The position numbers were made by a program, and so were the translations under genes. A stretch of DNA of 64,000 nt from Betaproteobacteria bacterium (GTDB lineage Bacteria > Pseudomonadota > Gammaproteobacteria > Burkholderiales > Burkholderiaceae_C): NCBI GenBank assembly GCA_025354965.1, contig JANXLW010000158.1, forward strand, positions 5,266 to 69,265, given 5' to 3'. The notes beneath the pieces were generated by a model. It did not search any database and had not been told where the DNA came from. It saw only the letters and a program-made list of their open reading frames with translations. How positions within the stretch are numbered: the first letter of the stretch is position 1; each line of letters opens with the position of its first letter. Below, piece by piece: positions 11,623 through 20,889 of this stretch.

Positions 11623-12245
11623 TGATCAAGTTGTTACGCGCCTTGTGGGAGCGACTGTCGCTCTATCTTCCTGTCATTCTCATGGGCGTGCTGGCGCTTG
11701 GAACCTATTGGTTGGTGCGCAGCACTCCACTTTTTCTGCCCGCTGCTCAAGAGCAGCCAGCAAAGCACGAGGCTGACTATTTCATGCGCAAATTTTCAGT
11801 GAGAACTTTTGACGAATCGGGACGACTCAAAAGTGAAGTGTTTGGAGCGAATGCCCACCATTTTCCGGACACGGACACACTTGATGTCGATTTTGTTCGC
11901 ATTCGGTCGTTTAACGTCGACGGACGTTTGACGACTGCAACTGCGAGTCGTGCGCTGGTCAACGGAGATGCCTCCGAAGTGCAATTGATTGGCAATGCTC
12001 GGGTGGTGCGCGAGTCTGGAGTCAATAGTGCTGGACAGTCCCTCAAACGGATGGAATTTCGCAGCGAGTTTTTGCGTGTTTCTGTTGAAGCAGAGCGCCT
12101 CGAGTCGGATAAACCGGTGGAACTGATGCGCGGCGAGGATCGATTCACTGCTGACAAATTGGATTTCAACAACGTTGACCGCATTTTGCAACTCAAAGGC
12201 CGTGTCAAAGGCAGGTTGGTTCCTGACGCCTCCACCTCCAAATAG
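11622..12245 (+). CDS. lptC: LPS export system protein LptC
   Basis: 207 aa with a single N-terminal TM segment followed by a beta-jellyroll-like sequence. Occupies the canonical position after kdsC. Confidence 0.8.
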   Translation: MIKLLRALWERLSLYLPVILMGVLALGTYWLVRSTPLFLPAAQEQPAKHEADYFMRKFSVRTFDESGRLKSEVFGANAHHFPDTDTLDVDFVRIRSFNVDGRLTTATASRALVNGDASEVQLIGNARVVRESGVNSAGQSLKRMEFRSEFLRVSVEAERLESDKPVELMRGEDRFTADKLDFNNVDRILQLKGRVKGRLVPDASTSK

Positions 12246-12470
12246 TCAGCTAATTCTCAACATGCCGAACGATTAGCGTTTATCACCGCCGCATCGCGCG
12301 GGCTCTGCCAGCCTTTGGTTTGGTGTTTCCACCAAGCAGGATATGCGGTGGCCAAAGTGTTAAGGCCGCCCAATTGTCCAATTGATAAAGCCCTTGCCGG
12401 GTGAGCCCGAAAACCACGTGGCCCTCAGCAATGAATTGCTGCACTCTCGTGGAATTTGCTGACGAAATGA

Positions 12471-12503
12471 AAAAAGGGCCACAGGAGCCCCTTTTATTTT
12501 TGG
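12471..12503. terminator. Bidirectional rho-independent terminator between lptC and the RRM gene
   Basis: aaaaaGGGccacaggagCCCcttttattttt. The stem is flanked by an A run on one side and a T run on the other, so it is usable on both strands. Confidence 0.6.
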
Positions 12504-12526
12504 TTGGTGTATAGCTAGTCGAGTGC

Positions 12527-12952
12527 TTAGTAGCTGCTGCGACCACCGCCATAACCGCCGCCGCCGCCACTGCGACCACCGCCGGCGCCACCGCCGTAAC
12601 CACCGCCACCACCGCTACGGCCGCCACCAGCGCCACCGCCGTAACCACCACCACCGCCAGCGCCACCACCGAAGCCACCACCACCAGTGCGGGGAGGACG
12701 AGCTTCCATCGGACGGGCCTCGTTTACCACGAGGCCACGGCCACCATATTGTTGCCCGTTCATACCGCTGATTGCAGCTTGTGCCTCAGCGTCGCTGCCC
12801 ATTTCGACAAAGCCGAAGCCTTTGGAGCGGCCAGTGTCACGCTCCATCATGACTTTGGCGCTGGTAACGGTACCGTGTGCGGCAAATGCTTGCTGCAGGT
12901 CTTCGTCACGGAAAGTGTAGGGCAGGTTGCCCACGTAAAGTTTGTTGCCCAT
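12527..12952 (-). CDS. RRM-type RNA-binding protein with glycine-rich (GGY/RGG-like) tail
   Basis: RNP-2 LYVGNL and RNP-1 KGFGFVEM, then GGGGFGGGAGGGGGYGGGAGGGRSGGGGGYGGGAGGGRSGGGGGYGGGRSSY. Start set at MGNKLYVGNL, preceded by GAGGAG. Confidence 0.93.
   Translation of the reverse strand: MGNKLYVGNLPYTFRDEDLQQAFAAHGTVTSAKVMMERDTGRSKGFGFVEMGSDAEAQAAISGMNGQQYGGRGLVVNEARPMEARPPRTGGGGFGGGAGGGGGYGGGAGGGRSGGGGGYGGGAGGGRSGGGGGYGGGRSSY
12541..12690 (-). repeat. Imperfect in-frame tandem repeat encoding the Gly-rich tail
   Basis: A roughly 45-nt unit encoding GGGGGYGGGAGGGRS occurs twice, plus a truncated third copy. The copies differ at synonymous positions. Confidence 0.7.
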
Positions 12953-13281
12953 GAAAGGACTCCTCAAAATGACTCAAAACGCGATGGAGTCCAAAACCGC
13001 TATTAACCCGCAATCAACAAACCAATGTAGACTTAAAGCAGACGCGAAACTGACAAACACCGCAAACTTGTACAACCGATTTTCGGCAATACGGCTGCAT
13101 TATGCGTCAAGTTTTATTTTTTCACAAATTTCTTGGGCAAGCGTACACTGTTGCCAGACCCTTTAGCAAATAGTTGCGTCTTCATGGCGCCACAGGTTCA
13201 ACACCGGTTCTTGGTATTGCCCAAGGTCAGTTCCGACAAGCTTCACCGACGACAAACGGCAACAGATTTGCGGGAAGACTA

Positions 13282-14484
13282 CTACCAGTTCGCTTCTCGT
13301 TCTGGAGAGGCGCTAATCTTGTGAATAGACAGGTCGGCGCCATCGAATTCTTCTTCCTGACTCAAGCGCAACCCCATGCCGGCCTTGAGTACACCGTAAA
13401 CTGCCAAGCCTCCAACGACGGCCCAGATGACACCCAAAGCCGTCCCGATGAGTTGACCGCCAAGGTTCACACCTCCTAATCCGCCCATCGCCTTCGCGCC
13501 AAAAATGCCTGCTGCGATGCCTCCCCAGGTTCCGCATAATCCGTGCAACGGCCACACGCCTAACACGTCATCAATCTTCCATTTGTTTTGTGTCAGCGTA
13601 AACATGACGACAAAGATGGCGCCAGCGACGCAACCCACCACCAGCGCACCCAAAGGGTGCATAACATCGGAACCCGCGCATATGGCTACAAGCCCGGCTA
13701 GCGGGCCGTTGTGGACAAAGCCGGGGTCGTTCTTACCGACCAGCAATGCCATCAATGTGCCTCCGGCCATAGCCATCAAAGAGTTTACCGCTACCAAGCC
13801 CGAGATTTTGTTCAATGTTTGTGCGCTCATCACATTGAAGCCAAACCAGCCCACGGTAAGTACCCATGCCCCCAGAGCCAGAAATGGAATACTGGATGGA
13901 GGATGCGCAGAGATGGCCCCATCTTTGCGATAGCGGTTACTGCGGGCCCCTAAAAGGACCACAGCAGGCAGGGCAATCCAGCCGCCCAAGGCGTGGACCA
14001 CCACGCTACCGGCAAAATCATGGAACTCTTCACCGGTGATTTCTTTGATCCATGCCTGCACACCGAAGTGCTGGTTCCAAACGATGCCTTCGAAGAACGG
14101 ATAAATGAAACCCACGATTGCCGCTGTGGCCAGCAATTGCGGCCAGAATTTGGCTCTCTCGGCAATGCCGCCAGAGATAATCGCTGGAATAGCTGCTGCA
14201 AACGTCAGCAAAAAGAAAAACTTGACAAGCTCATAGCCGTTTTTGGCAGCTAACTGCTCGGCGCCTACGAAGAAGCTGGTGCTGTAGGCTACGGCGTATC
14301 CGATTGAAAAATAAACAACCGTTGACACGGAAAAGTCCACCAGAATCTTGACCAGCGCATTCACCTGATTTTTGCGGCGCACGGTGCCGAGCTCCAAAAA
14401 AGCGAAACCTGCGTGCATGGCCAGCACCATGACAGCGCCGAGAAGAATGAATAGGGTGTCTGTGCCCTGCTTTAGTGCTTCCAT
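13282..14484 (-). CDS. amtB: Ammonium transporter
   Basis: 400-aa polytopic protein with Amt-family sequence throughout (AGFAFLELGTVRRKN...HGLCGTWGGIAAG). Confidence 0.95.
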   Translation of the reverse strand: MEALKQGTDTLFILLGAVMVLAMHAGFAFLELGTVRRKNQVNALVKILVDFSVSTVVYFSIGYAVAYSTSFFVGAEQLAAKNGYELVKFFFLLTFAAAIPAIISGGIAERAKFWPQLLATAAIVGFIYPFFEGIVWNQHFGVQAWIKEITGEEFHDFAGSVVVHALGGWIALPAVVLLGARSNRYRKDGAISAHPPSSIPFLALGAWVLTVGWFGFNVMSAQTLNKISGLVAVNSLMAMAGGTLMALLVGKNDPGFVHNGPLAGLVAICAGSDVMHPLGALVVGCVAGAIFVVMFTLTQNKWKIDDVLGVWPLHGLCGTWGGIAAGIFGAKAMGGLGGVNLGGQLIGTALGVIWAVVGGLAVYGVLKAGMGLRLSQEEEFDGADLSIHKISASPEREANW

Positions 14485-14555
14485 GCGGACCTTTGGGGTG
14501 AAATTGGTTTAATTGGTGCGTAAACTGTGAAAAAACCAGAAACGCACCAAAGTGA

Positions 14556-14571
14556 AGCAAAAATCGAGCCA
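14556..14571 (-). promoter_or_regulatory. Sigma-54 (-24/-12) promoter of amtB
   Basis: The minus strand reads TGGCTCGATTTTTGCT. Against the consensus TGGCACG-N4-TTGCW it has exact spacing and one mismatch. It lies about 70 nt upstream of the amtB ATG. TGCAC half-sites lie upstream at 14598-14602 and 14681-14685. Confidence 0.6.
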
Positions 14572-14732
14572 AAGAGAGATTGGAAGCGCGCAAAACCGTG
14601 CAGATTACGCCCGCGGTCAGTAAGTTGAATCTATGAGGTTCAAGCTCGAAATCAGGTGTCTGGCCGGTGGACTGACCGTAGTGCAAACCTTCATCAAAGT
14701 AGGCATCTGGACTTCGATCTATACTTAACCGT

Positions 14733-14812
14733 TGCGCCGATTTGATCCAGGATTGCGGGCGCCGAAGCCGCAGAGCTTCGAAGTTCAGCTAAACACGGCC
14801 ACTGCATCAGGT
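14733..14812 (+). promoter_or_regulatory. metX leader RNA, candidate SAM-responsive element (SAM-II-like sequence blocks)
   Basis: GCGCCGAUUUGAUCCAGGAUUGCGGGCGCC...UUCAGCUAAACACGGCC. It contains GAUUU, UUGC and AGCUAAA blocks and a GCGCC/GGCGC helix. I could not convincingly draw the SAM-II pseudoknot by eye. Confidence 0.35.
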
Positions 14813-14850
14813 AACCCGGCCCCTCATTTCGAGTAGCCGGGTTTTTTTTA
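14813..14850 (+). terminator. Intrinsic terminator inside the metX leader (attenuator)
   Basis: AACCCGGC-ccctcatttcgagta-GCCGGGTT followed by T8, 54 nt upstream of the metX ATG. No upstream same-strand gene exists for it to terminate. Confidence 0.75.
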
Positions 14851-14903
14851 GACATTTTGAGACAAGTCACAGCCAAGCAGGCGCTGCCCCCGCACCGATT
14901 AAG

Positions 14904-16151
14904 ATGATTGCCACGCCAAAGTCCATGTTATTTGCCGACCCTTTGCCTTTGCAAAGCGGTGCGACTATTCGCGACTACTCGCTGAGTTTTGAAACGTATG
15001 GCACGCTCAATGCCGACAAATCCAACGTCGCGTTGATTTGCCATGCTTTGAATGCCTCACACCATGTTGCGGGCATCTATGCGGGACAAGACAAGTCCGA
15101 GGGCTGGTGGGACAACATGATTGGCCCAGGCAAGCCACTGGACACGAACAAGTTCTTCGTTATCGGCGTTAACAATCTCGGTTCCTGCTTCGGCTCCACC
15201 GGGCCTATGCATGTGAACCCCGATACCGGTCGGATTTACGGCGCCGATTTTCCTGTAGTCACGGTTGAGGACTGGGTTACCGCGCAGGCCCGTTTGCTGG
15301 ATGCCTTGGGTATCCAGACGCTGGCTGCAGTGATGGGCGGTTCTTTGGGCGGAATGCAGGCTTTGTCATGGGCGTTGCAGTATCCGGATCGAGTGCGCCA
15401 CGCCGTGGTGGTGGCCAGTGCTCCCAACTTGACGGCGGAGAACATTGCCTTTAATGAAGTGGCGCGCCGCGCCATCGTGACTGATCCGGATTTTCATGGC
15501 GGACATTTTTACGAACACGGCGTTATCCCAAAACGCGGTTTGCGCATCGCTCGCATGATTGGCCACATCACTTATCTCAGTGACGATGTCATGAACGAGA
15601 AGTTTGGGCGCCAATTGCGTGTTTTGACTGACGGCGATGATCTGGGTAACTACCTTTTTAGCACGCAAGAGGTCGAATTTCAGATCGAAAGCTACCTGAG
15701 ACATCAGGGCGACAAATTTGCCGAGTACTTTGATGCCAACACTTACCTGCTGATCACAAGAGCGCTCGACTACTTTGATCCGGCCCGCACCTACGGTGGT
15801 GACTTGAGCCATGCGCTGGCGCGCGCGACCTGCAAATTCTTGCTCGCTAGTTTTACCACCGACTGGCGGTTTGCTCCCAAACGCAGCCGCGAAATCGTTA
15901 AGGCGCTACTCGACAACCGGCGGGACGTAAGCTACGCCGAAATTGACGCGCCGCACGGACATGATGCCTTTTTGTTGGATGACGCGCGTTACATGGCTGT
16001 CATCAGATCTTATTTTGAGAACGTCGCCAAGGAAGTGGCAGCCACAGCGCCGGACCGCTCCCAGCAAGACACAGCTCCCTTGAGGGACAGCGCAGTACGC
16101 GAAGCGCTCTCGGAGAACGGCGTAGCCACAAGCGTGGGGGCAAGACTATGA
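14904..16151 (+). CDS. metX: Homoserine O-acyltransferase MetX (acetyl- or succinyl-transferring; paired with MetW)
   Basis: 415 aa, alpha/beta hydrolase with nucleophile elbow [11 protein letters not shown]-terminus [27 protein letters not shown] is typical of MetX. Confidence 0.93.
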   Translation: MIATPKSMLFADPLPLQSGATIRDYSLSFETYGTLNADKSNVALICHALNASHHVAGIYAGQDKSEGWWDNMIGPGKPLDTNKFFVIGVNNLGSCFGSTGPMHVNPDTGRIYGADFPVVTVEDWVTAQARLLDALGIQTLAAVMGGSLGGMQALSWALQYPDRVRHAVVVASAPNLTAENIAFNEVARRAIVTDPDFHGGHFYEHGVIPKRGLRIARMIGHITYLSDDVMNEKFGRQLRVLTDGDDLGNYLFSTQEVEFQIESYLRHQGDKFAEYFDANTYLLITRALDYFDPARTYGGDLSHALARATCKFLLASFTTDWRFAPKRSREIVKALLDNRRDVSYAEIDAPHGHDAFLLDDARYMAVIRSYFENVAKEVAATAPDRSQQDTAPLRDSAVREALSENGVATSVGARL

Positions 16152-16729
16152 GCGATCTTGCAACCATGAATGCCATTGCCCAGCGGGTGCCTGAAGGCTC
16201 ACGTGTGCTTGACCTGGGCTGCGGCGACGGCGCCATGTTGGCGTATCTGAAAAAAGAGCGTGGCTGTAACGGCTATGGTATTGAAATTGATGATGCCAAC
16301 ATGCTGGCATGCGTCAAGCGCGGTGTCAATGTCATCCAACTCAATCTGGATGAAGGCTTGTCACTGTTTGACGATGCTTCGTTCGACGTGGTGTTGCAAA
16401 TCGACACTCTCCAGCATCTGCGCAACGCCGAGGTGATGCTGCGTGAAACAGTGCGTGTTGGCCGCATCGGCATCGTCGCTTTTCCCAACTTTGCGCATTG
16501 GCCAAACCGCTTGAGCGTACTGCGCGGGCGCATGCCAGTCACCAGGCGTCTGCCCTACCAGTGGTACGACACGCCCAATATCCGGGTTGGAACGCACGCC
16601 GACCTCGCGCTACTGGCTCTGGGTAGCGGCCTGAAGGTGTTGGACAGCTTTGGCATCCAGGACGAACGGACGGTGCGCTTTGCGCCCAATTTGATGGCTG
16701 GCACATCTGTGTACGTCTTGTCACGGTAG
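16148..16729 (+). CDS. metW: Methionine biosynthesis protein MetW
   Basis: 193 aa with the SAM-MTase-like motif VLDLGCGDG. 4-nt overlap with metX. Confidence 0.9.
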   Translation: MSDLATMNAIAQRVPEGSRVLDLGCGDGAMLAYLKKERGCNGYGIEIDDANMLACVKRGVNVIQLNLDEGLSLFDDASFDVVLQIDTLQHLRNAEVMLRETVRVGRIGIVAFPNFAHWPNRLSVLRGRMPVTRRLPYQWYDTPNIRVGTHADLALLALGSGLKVLDSFGIQDERTVRFAPNLMAGTSVYVLSR

Positions 16730-16879
16730 GCGACACTCCAAACGTTATTTTGCTGGCGAGCAAAGTTATCCTGACTGTGCTAGATTTCGAAGGCCGGGGT
16801 ACCAGCTCCCCGGTCTCATACCCGCGAGGGTCTCAAGACGGTGTCCCGTCCAAATGCTGTGACCAAGAATGGATGACTT

Positions 16880-17719
16880 ATGGACACCGCAAAATCGAAT
16901 CTACTTTCGTCTTCTTTTTTCAGCACCCCCCACGCGTTGGCGCAGCAATTGCATTCACACGATGCACCACTGCTCATCGATGTGAGAAAAAGGGAATCGT
17001 TCATTGCCTCCGAATACACGCTGCCGGGAGCCTTGCGGCGTGACCCTTTGCTGCTTGACAGCTGGGCCCGCACACTACCAGACGCAACATTCGTACTGGT
17101 TTTTTGCGTCCATGGACAAGAGGTGAGCCAGAACACGGCGACGGCGCTGCGCCAGCTCGGCATCAACGCTTTGTTCCTGCAAGGCGGGATTGAGCAATGG
17201 CGTGCGCAGAACTTGCCCCTGGATGCCAAACCCGCTGGCGGCAGCACACGCTGGGTGACCCGCGAACGTCCCAAAATTGACCGCATTGCCTGCCCGTGGC
17301 TGGTGCGCCGTTTTGTCGACGCACAGGCGCAGTTTTTCTACGTGCCGCCGGCGCAAGTACGGACCCTGGCACAGACCGAAACCGCCACGCCGTATGACGT
17401 GAACGCTGACATTGCAGACACCCGCTTCACTCACGACGGCGCACTGTGCAGTTTTGATGCGTTCATCAAAATTTACCGTTTGGGCACCGACACTGCACTG
17501 GCCAAACTGGCCGTCATCGTGCGGGGGGCAGACACCGACCGGCCTGATCTCGCGCCTCAGGCCGCGGGCTTGTTGGCCGTCTCGCTGGGCATGTCGCACC
17601 GCCTGAAGGATGATCACACGATGCTGGAGACCATGATGCCTGTCTATGACGCCTTGTACGCCTGGTGTCGTGACACGGTTACAGGAACCGATGAAAAACA
17701 CAATTGGAAACCGGCATGA
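16880..17719 (+). CDS. Rhodanese domain fused to ChrB-C-type chromate resistance domain
   Basis: The N-terminal ~110 aa are rhodanese-like (PLLIDVRKRESF...VFCVHGQEVS). The C-terminal part (RWVTRERPKIDRIACPWLVRRFVD...FDAF) resembles the chromate-resistance ChrB C-domain. Overlaps chrA by 16 nt. Confidence 0.75.
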   Translation: MDTAKSNLLSSSFFSTPHALAQQLHSHDAPLLIDVRKRESFIASEYTLPGALRRDPLLLDSWARTLPDATFVLVFCVHGQEVSQNTATALRQLGINALFLQGGIEQWRAQNLPLDAKPAGGSTRWVTRERPKIDRIACPWLVRRFVDAQAQFFYVPPAQVRTLAQTETATPYDVNADIADTRFTHDGALCSFDAFIKIYRLGTDTALAKLAVIVRGADTDRPDLAPQAAGLLAVSLGMSHRLKDDHTMLETMMPVYDALYAWCRDTVTGTDEKHNWKPA

Positions 17720-19128
17720 GCACCCACCTTCCTGCTAAAACAGCGTCTGCCAGCGTCGTCGCAAAGCATCAGGCGGTATCTGCCGTGTCTTTTTTTGCGG
17801 CCCTGAAGTTTTGGCTCAAACTCGGTTTCATCAGCCTCGGTGGACCAGCTGGGCAGATTGCGATCATGCACCGCGAGCTGGTGGAGGAAAAGCGCTGGAT
17901 TTCCGAGAAGCGCTTCCTGCACGCCCTGAACTATTGCATGCTGCTGCCTGGCCCGGAGGCGCAGCAACTTGCCACCTACATTGGCTGGTTGATGCATCGC
18001 ACCTGGGGCGGCGTGGCGGCGGGAGTGTTGTTTGTGCTGCCCTCGCTTTTTATGTTGATTGGCTTGAGCTGGGTCTACGTAACCTTTGGCAACTTGCCCT
18101 GGGTGGCGGGGCTGCTGTATGGCATCAAACCGGCTGTGGCGGCGATCGTGGTGCAGGCGGTGCACCGCATTGGTTCAAAAGCATTGAAGAAACCATCGGT
18201 AGCCCCTGTGTTGTGGGCGGTCGCCACAATTAGTTTTATAGCAATTGCACTGCTGAACATCCCCTTTCCATGGGTGGTTCTGGCTGCGGCGCTCACGGGC
18301 TGGCTTGGACAGAGGTTTGCGCCCAAGCAATTTACGACCGATGGCCGGCATGGCTCCTCCAGCGCAGATGACGTGACACACAGGCCGACCCTCATTGACG
18401 ACGATACGCCGACACCGCCACACGCCCGTTTCAAAAAGTCGCGCTTGGCCGCCGTGTTGGCGGTGGGCGCACTGCTTTGGTTGTTGCCCATGGGTGGGCT
18501 TCTGGTCTGGCAGGGTTGGAGCGGCGCACTCACGCAAATGGGCTGGTTCTTTACCAAGGCGGCATTGCTGACGTTTGGCGGCGCCTACGCCGTGCTGCCC
18601 TACGTGTACCAGGGTGCGGTGGAACAATTTGCCTGGCTCACAGCGCCACAGATGATGGACGGGCTGGCCCTTGGAGAGACGACCCCAGGTCCGCTCATCA
18701 TGGTCGTGGCCTATGTTGGGTTTGTTGGTGGTTGGAGCAAGCAGGCGTTGGGGCCGGACGCACTGTTTCTGGGTGCCACAGTGGCCGCCACGGTGGTGAC
18801 GTGGTTCACTTTTTTGCCCTCATTCGTTTTCATCCTGGCGGGCGGCCCGTTGGTGGAGTCCACTCACGGCAGACTGCAGTTCACCGCACCGCTGACCGCA
18901 ATTACCGCGGCTGTGGTCGGCGTAATCGCCAGCCTCGCTTTGTTTTTCATAATGCACATCACCTACCGGTCGGGAGGTGGGGACAGATCGTTGTCACAGA
19001 TTGATTTCGCTTCAGTTGTCCTGACGGCTTTAGCCACACTCGCGCTTTTGCGCTACAAGCAGGGGGTGATTTCAGTAATTATTGCCTGCGCATTGGTTGG
19101 TTTGGTATGGCGACTGAACGGGCTCTGA
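17704..19128 (+). CDS. chrA: Chromate ion transporter (long, two-domain CHR family)
   Basis: 474 aa. Duplicated CHR halves with FGGPAGQIAIMHRELVEEKRW and TFGGAYAVLPYV signatures. Confidence 0.9.
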   Translation: METGMSTHLPAKTASASVVAKHQAVSAVSFFAALKFWLKLGFISLGGPAGQIAIMHRELVEEKRWISEKRFLHALNYCMLLPGPEAQQLATYIGWLMHRTWGGVAAGVLFVLPSLFMLIGLSWVYVTFGNLPWVAGLLYGIKPAVAAIVVQAVHRIGSKALKKPSVAPVLWAVATISFIAIALLNIPFPWVVLAAALTGWLGQRFAPKQFTTDGRHGSSSADDVTHRPTLIDDDTPTPPHARFKKSRLAAVLAVGALLWLLPMGGLLVWQGWSGALTQMGWFFTKAALLTFGGAYAVLPYVYQGAVEQFAWLTAPQMMDGLALGETTPGPLIMVVAYVGFVGGWSKQALGPDALFLGATVAATVVTWFTFLPSFVFILAGGPLVESTHGRLQFTAPLTAITAAVVGVIASLALFFIMHITYRSGGGDRSLSQIDFASVVLTALATLALLRYKQGVISVIIACALVGLVWRLNGL

Positions 19129-19398
19129 AGCAGACTTGCTTGTCGGCATAGGTCAGTAATTAGGCAAGGTGTCATCCTCAGAGCGAACCGACAGAACCTG
19201 TTGTACAAAGTTATTGAGGTTGTGCCTGCTTACAGTCTGAAGTTACAGGGTGCATGGGTAACGCGCCAGGCGCAAGTGAGCTGAAAATCCTTAGCAATTA
19301 AGCCTGTTGGACGAGTTGGCTTAGATCCTGGCTTTGGCGCTCTGCCCGGGCGTGGCATGATGAACTGTTGTTTTGATAGACCGCTCAAGGAGTCACAC

Positions 19399-20889
19399 AT
19401 GAATGCCAGAGTCCCCGAGTCGGCGCTAAATGCGGCGCAAGCACTAGGTCAGGTAAGCCGAGCCTGGGATGACGGTATCGTCGGCCAACTCAGTGACTAC
19501 ATAGCCATTCCCGCCAAGTCGCCCATGTTCGATTCCGATTGGGCACAAAACGGTTTTATTGACGCGGTTGTAAGCAATGCAGCCGCGTGGGTTGAAGCAC
19601 AGAAAGTTCAAGGTCTGACGCTCGAGATCATTCGGCTTGAGGGGCGAACGCCAGTATTGTTTTTTGAAGTTTTGCCTTCGACGGGGGCGGTTGGCGTCGA
19701 TGCAAAGCAGGCGACTTCCACAAACAGTGTGCTGATGTATGGTCACTTGGATAAACAACCGGAATTTACCGGCTGGCGGCATGATCTCGGCGCGTGGACG
19801 CCCAAATACGAAAATGGCAAGCTGTATGGCCGCGGCGGCGCAGATGACGGCTACGCTGTTTATGCCAGCATTGCCGCCATTCAGGCGATCAAGAGCCAGA
19901 ACTTGCCTCATCCACGAATCGTAGGCTTGATTGAAACTTGCGAAGAAAGTGGTTCCTATGATTTATTGCCCTATATAGATGCCCTGCGCACCCGTCTGGG
20001 TGACGTGGCGCTGGTGATTTGCCTGGATTCAGGTGCTGGCAACTATGATCAACTGTGGTTGACCAGCAGCCTGCGTGGCATGGCCAGCGGCGTATTGAAA
20101 GTGGAAATTCTGACCGAGGGCGTGCATTCGGGCGATGCCAGTGGTTTGGTACCGTCAAGCTTTCGCATCATGCGTCAGGTGCTGGACCGACTTGAAGACA
20201 GTGCCACCGGGCGCCTACTTCCAAACGCATTCCATTGTGAAGTGCCGGCAGATCGCCTGGCGCAGACCAAAGCGACAGCGGCGATTTTGGGTGATGAAGT
20301 GTTCAAGCGTTTCCCTTGGGCCCATTACGACTGTGCTGGCGCAAACACCTTTGCCCTACCCACCACCACCGACCCAATGCAGGCCTTGCTCAATCGCACC
20401 TGGGCGCCGACACTCAGCGTGACCGGGGCCGAGGGTTTGCCCGACTTTAAAAATGCGGGTAATGTGCTTCGACCCTATACCGCGTTCAAACTCAGTCTGC
20501 GTCTGCCGCCGCTTATTGACGCAGGCACTGCAACGCAACTGCTTAAAACCCTGCTCGAAGACAACGCACCGGACCAGGCGCGCGTCACGTTCGAGAGTTC
20601 GGGTTCTGCCACCGGCTGGAACGCGCCGGGCACCGCGCCGTGGTTCGAGCACGCATTGAACGCGGCGTCCCAAGCCTATTTTGGCGCGCCCTGCGGTTAC
20701 ATCGGCCAAGGTGGCACCATTCCGCTCATGAACATGCTGTCGACTGGTTTTCCAATGGCGCAAATGATGGTGTGCGGCGTGTTGGGACCGAAGAGCAATG
20801 CGCATGGTCCCAACGAGTTTTTGCACGTCCCTTTTGCCAAGAAATTGACCGCAGCTGTGGCCCAGGTCATCGTTCAAATGCCGCGATGA
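19399..20889 (+). CDS. M20-family dipeptidase/peptidase
   Basis: YGHLDKQP...GRGGADDGY...ETCEESGS metal-ligand blocks. Start set at the ATG preceded by AAGGAG. Confidence 0.85.
   Translation: MNARVPESALNAAQALGQVSRAWDDGIVGQLSDYIAIPAKSPMFDSDWAQNGFIDAVVSNAAAWVEAQKVQGLTLEIIRLEGRTPVLFFEVLPSTGAVGVDAKQATSTNSVLMYGHLDKQPEFTGWRHDLGAWTPKYENGKLYGRGGADDGYAVYASIAAIQAIKSQNLPHPRIVGLIETCEESGSYDLLPYIDALRTRLGDVALVICLDSGAGNYDQLWLTSSLRGMASGVLKVEILTEGVHSGDASGLVPSSFRIMRQVLDRLEDSATGRLLPNAFHCEVPADRLAQTKATAAILGDEVFKRFPWAHYDCAGANTFALPTTTDPMQALLNRTWAPTLSVTGAEGLPDFKNAGNVLRPYTAFKLSLRLPPLIDAGTATQLLKTLLEDNAPDQARVTFESSGSATGWNAPGTAPWFEHALNAASQAYFGAPCGYIGQGGTIPLMNMLSTGFPMAQMMVCGVLGPKSNAHGPNEFLHVPFAKKLTAAVAQVIVQMPR

Noticed and set aside
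12283-12771. Val/Ala-repeat ORF (12283..12684, minus) and His/Arg-rich ORF (12523..12771, plus)
   Set aside because: Both are alternative-frame or antisense readings of the GGN-rich repeat that encodes the glycine tail of the RRM protein. They are not independent genes, and the repeat is not a CRISPR array because it has no spacers.
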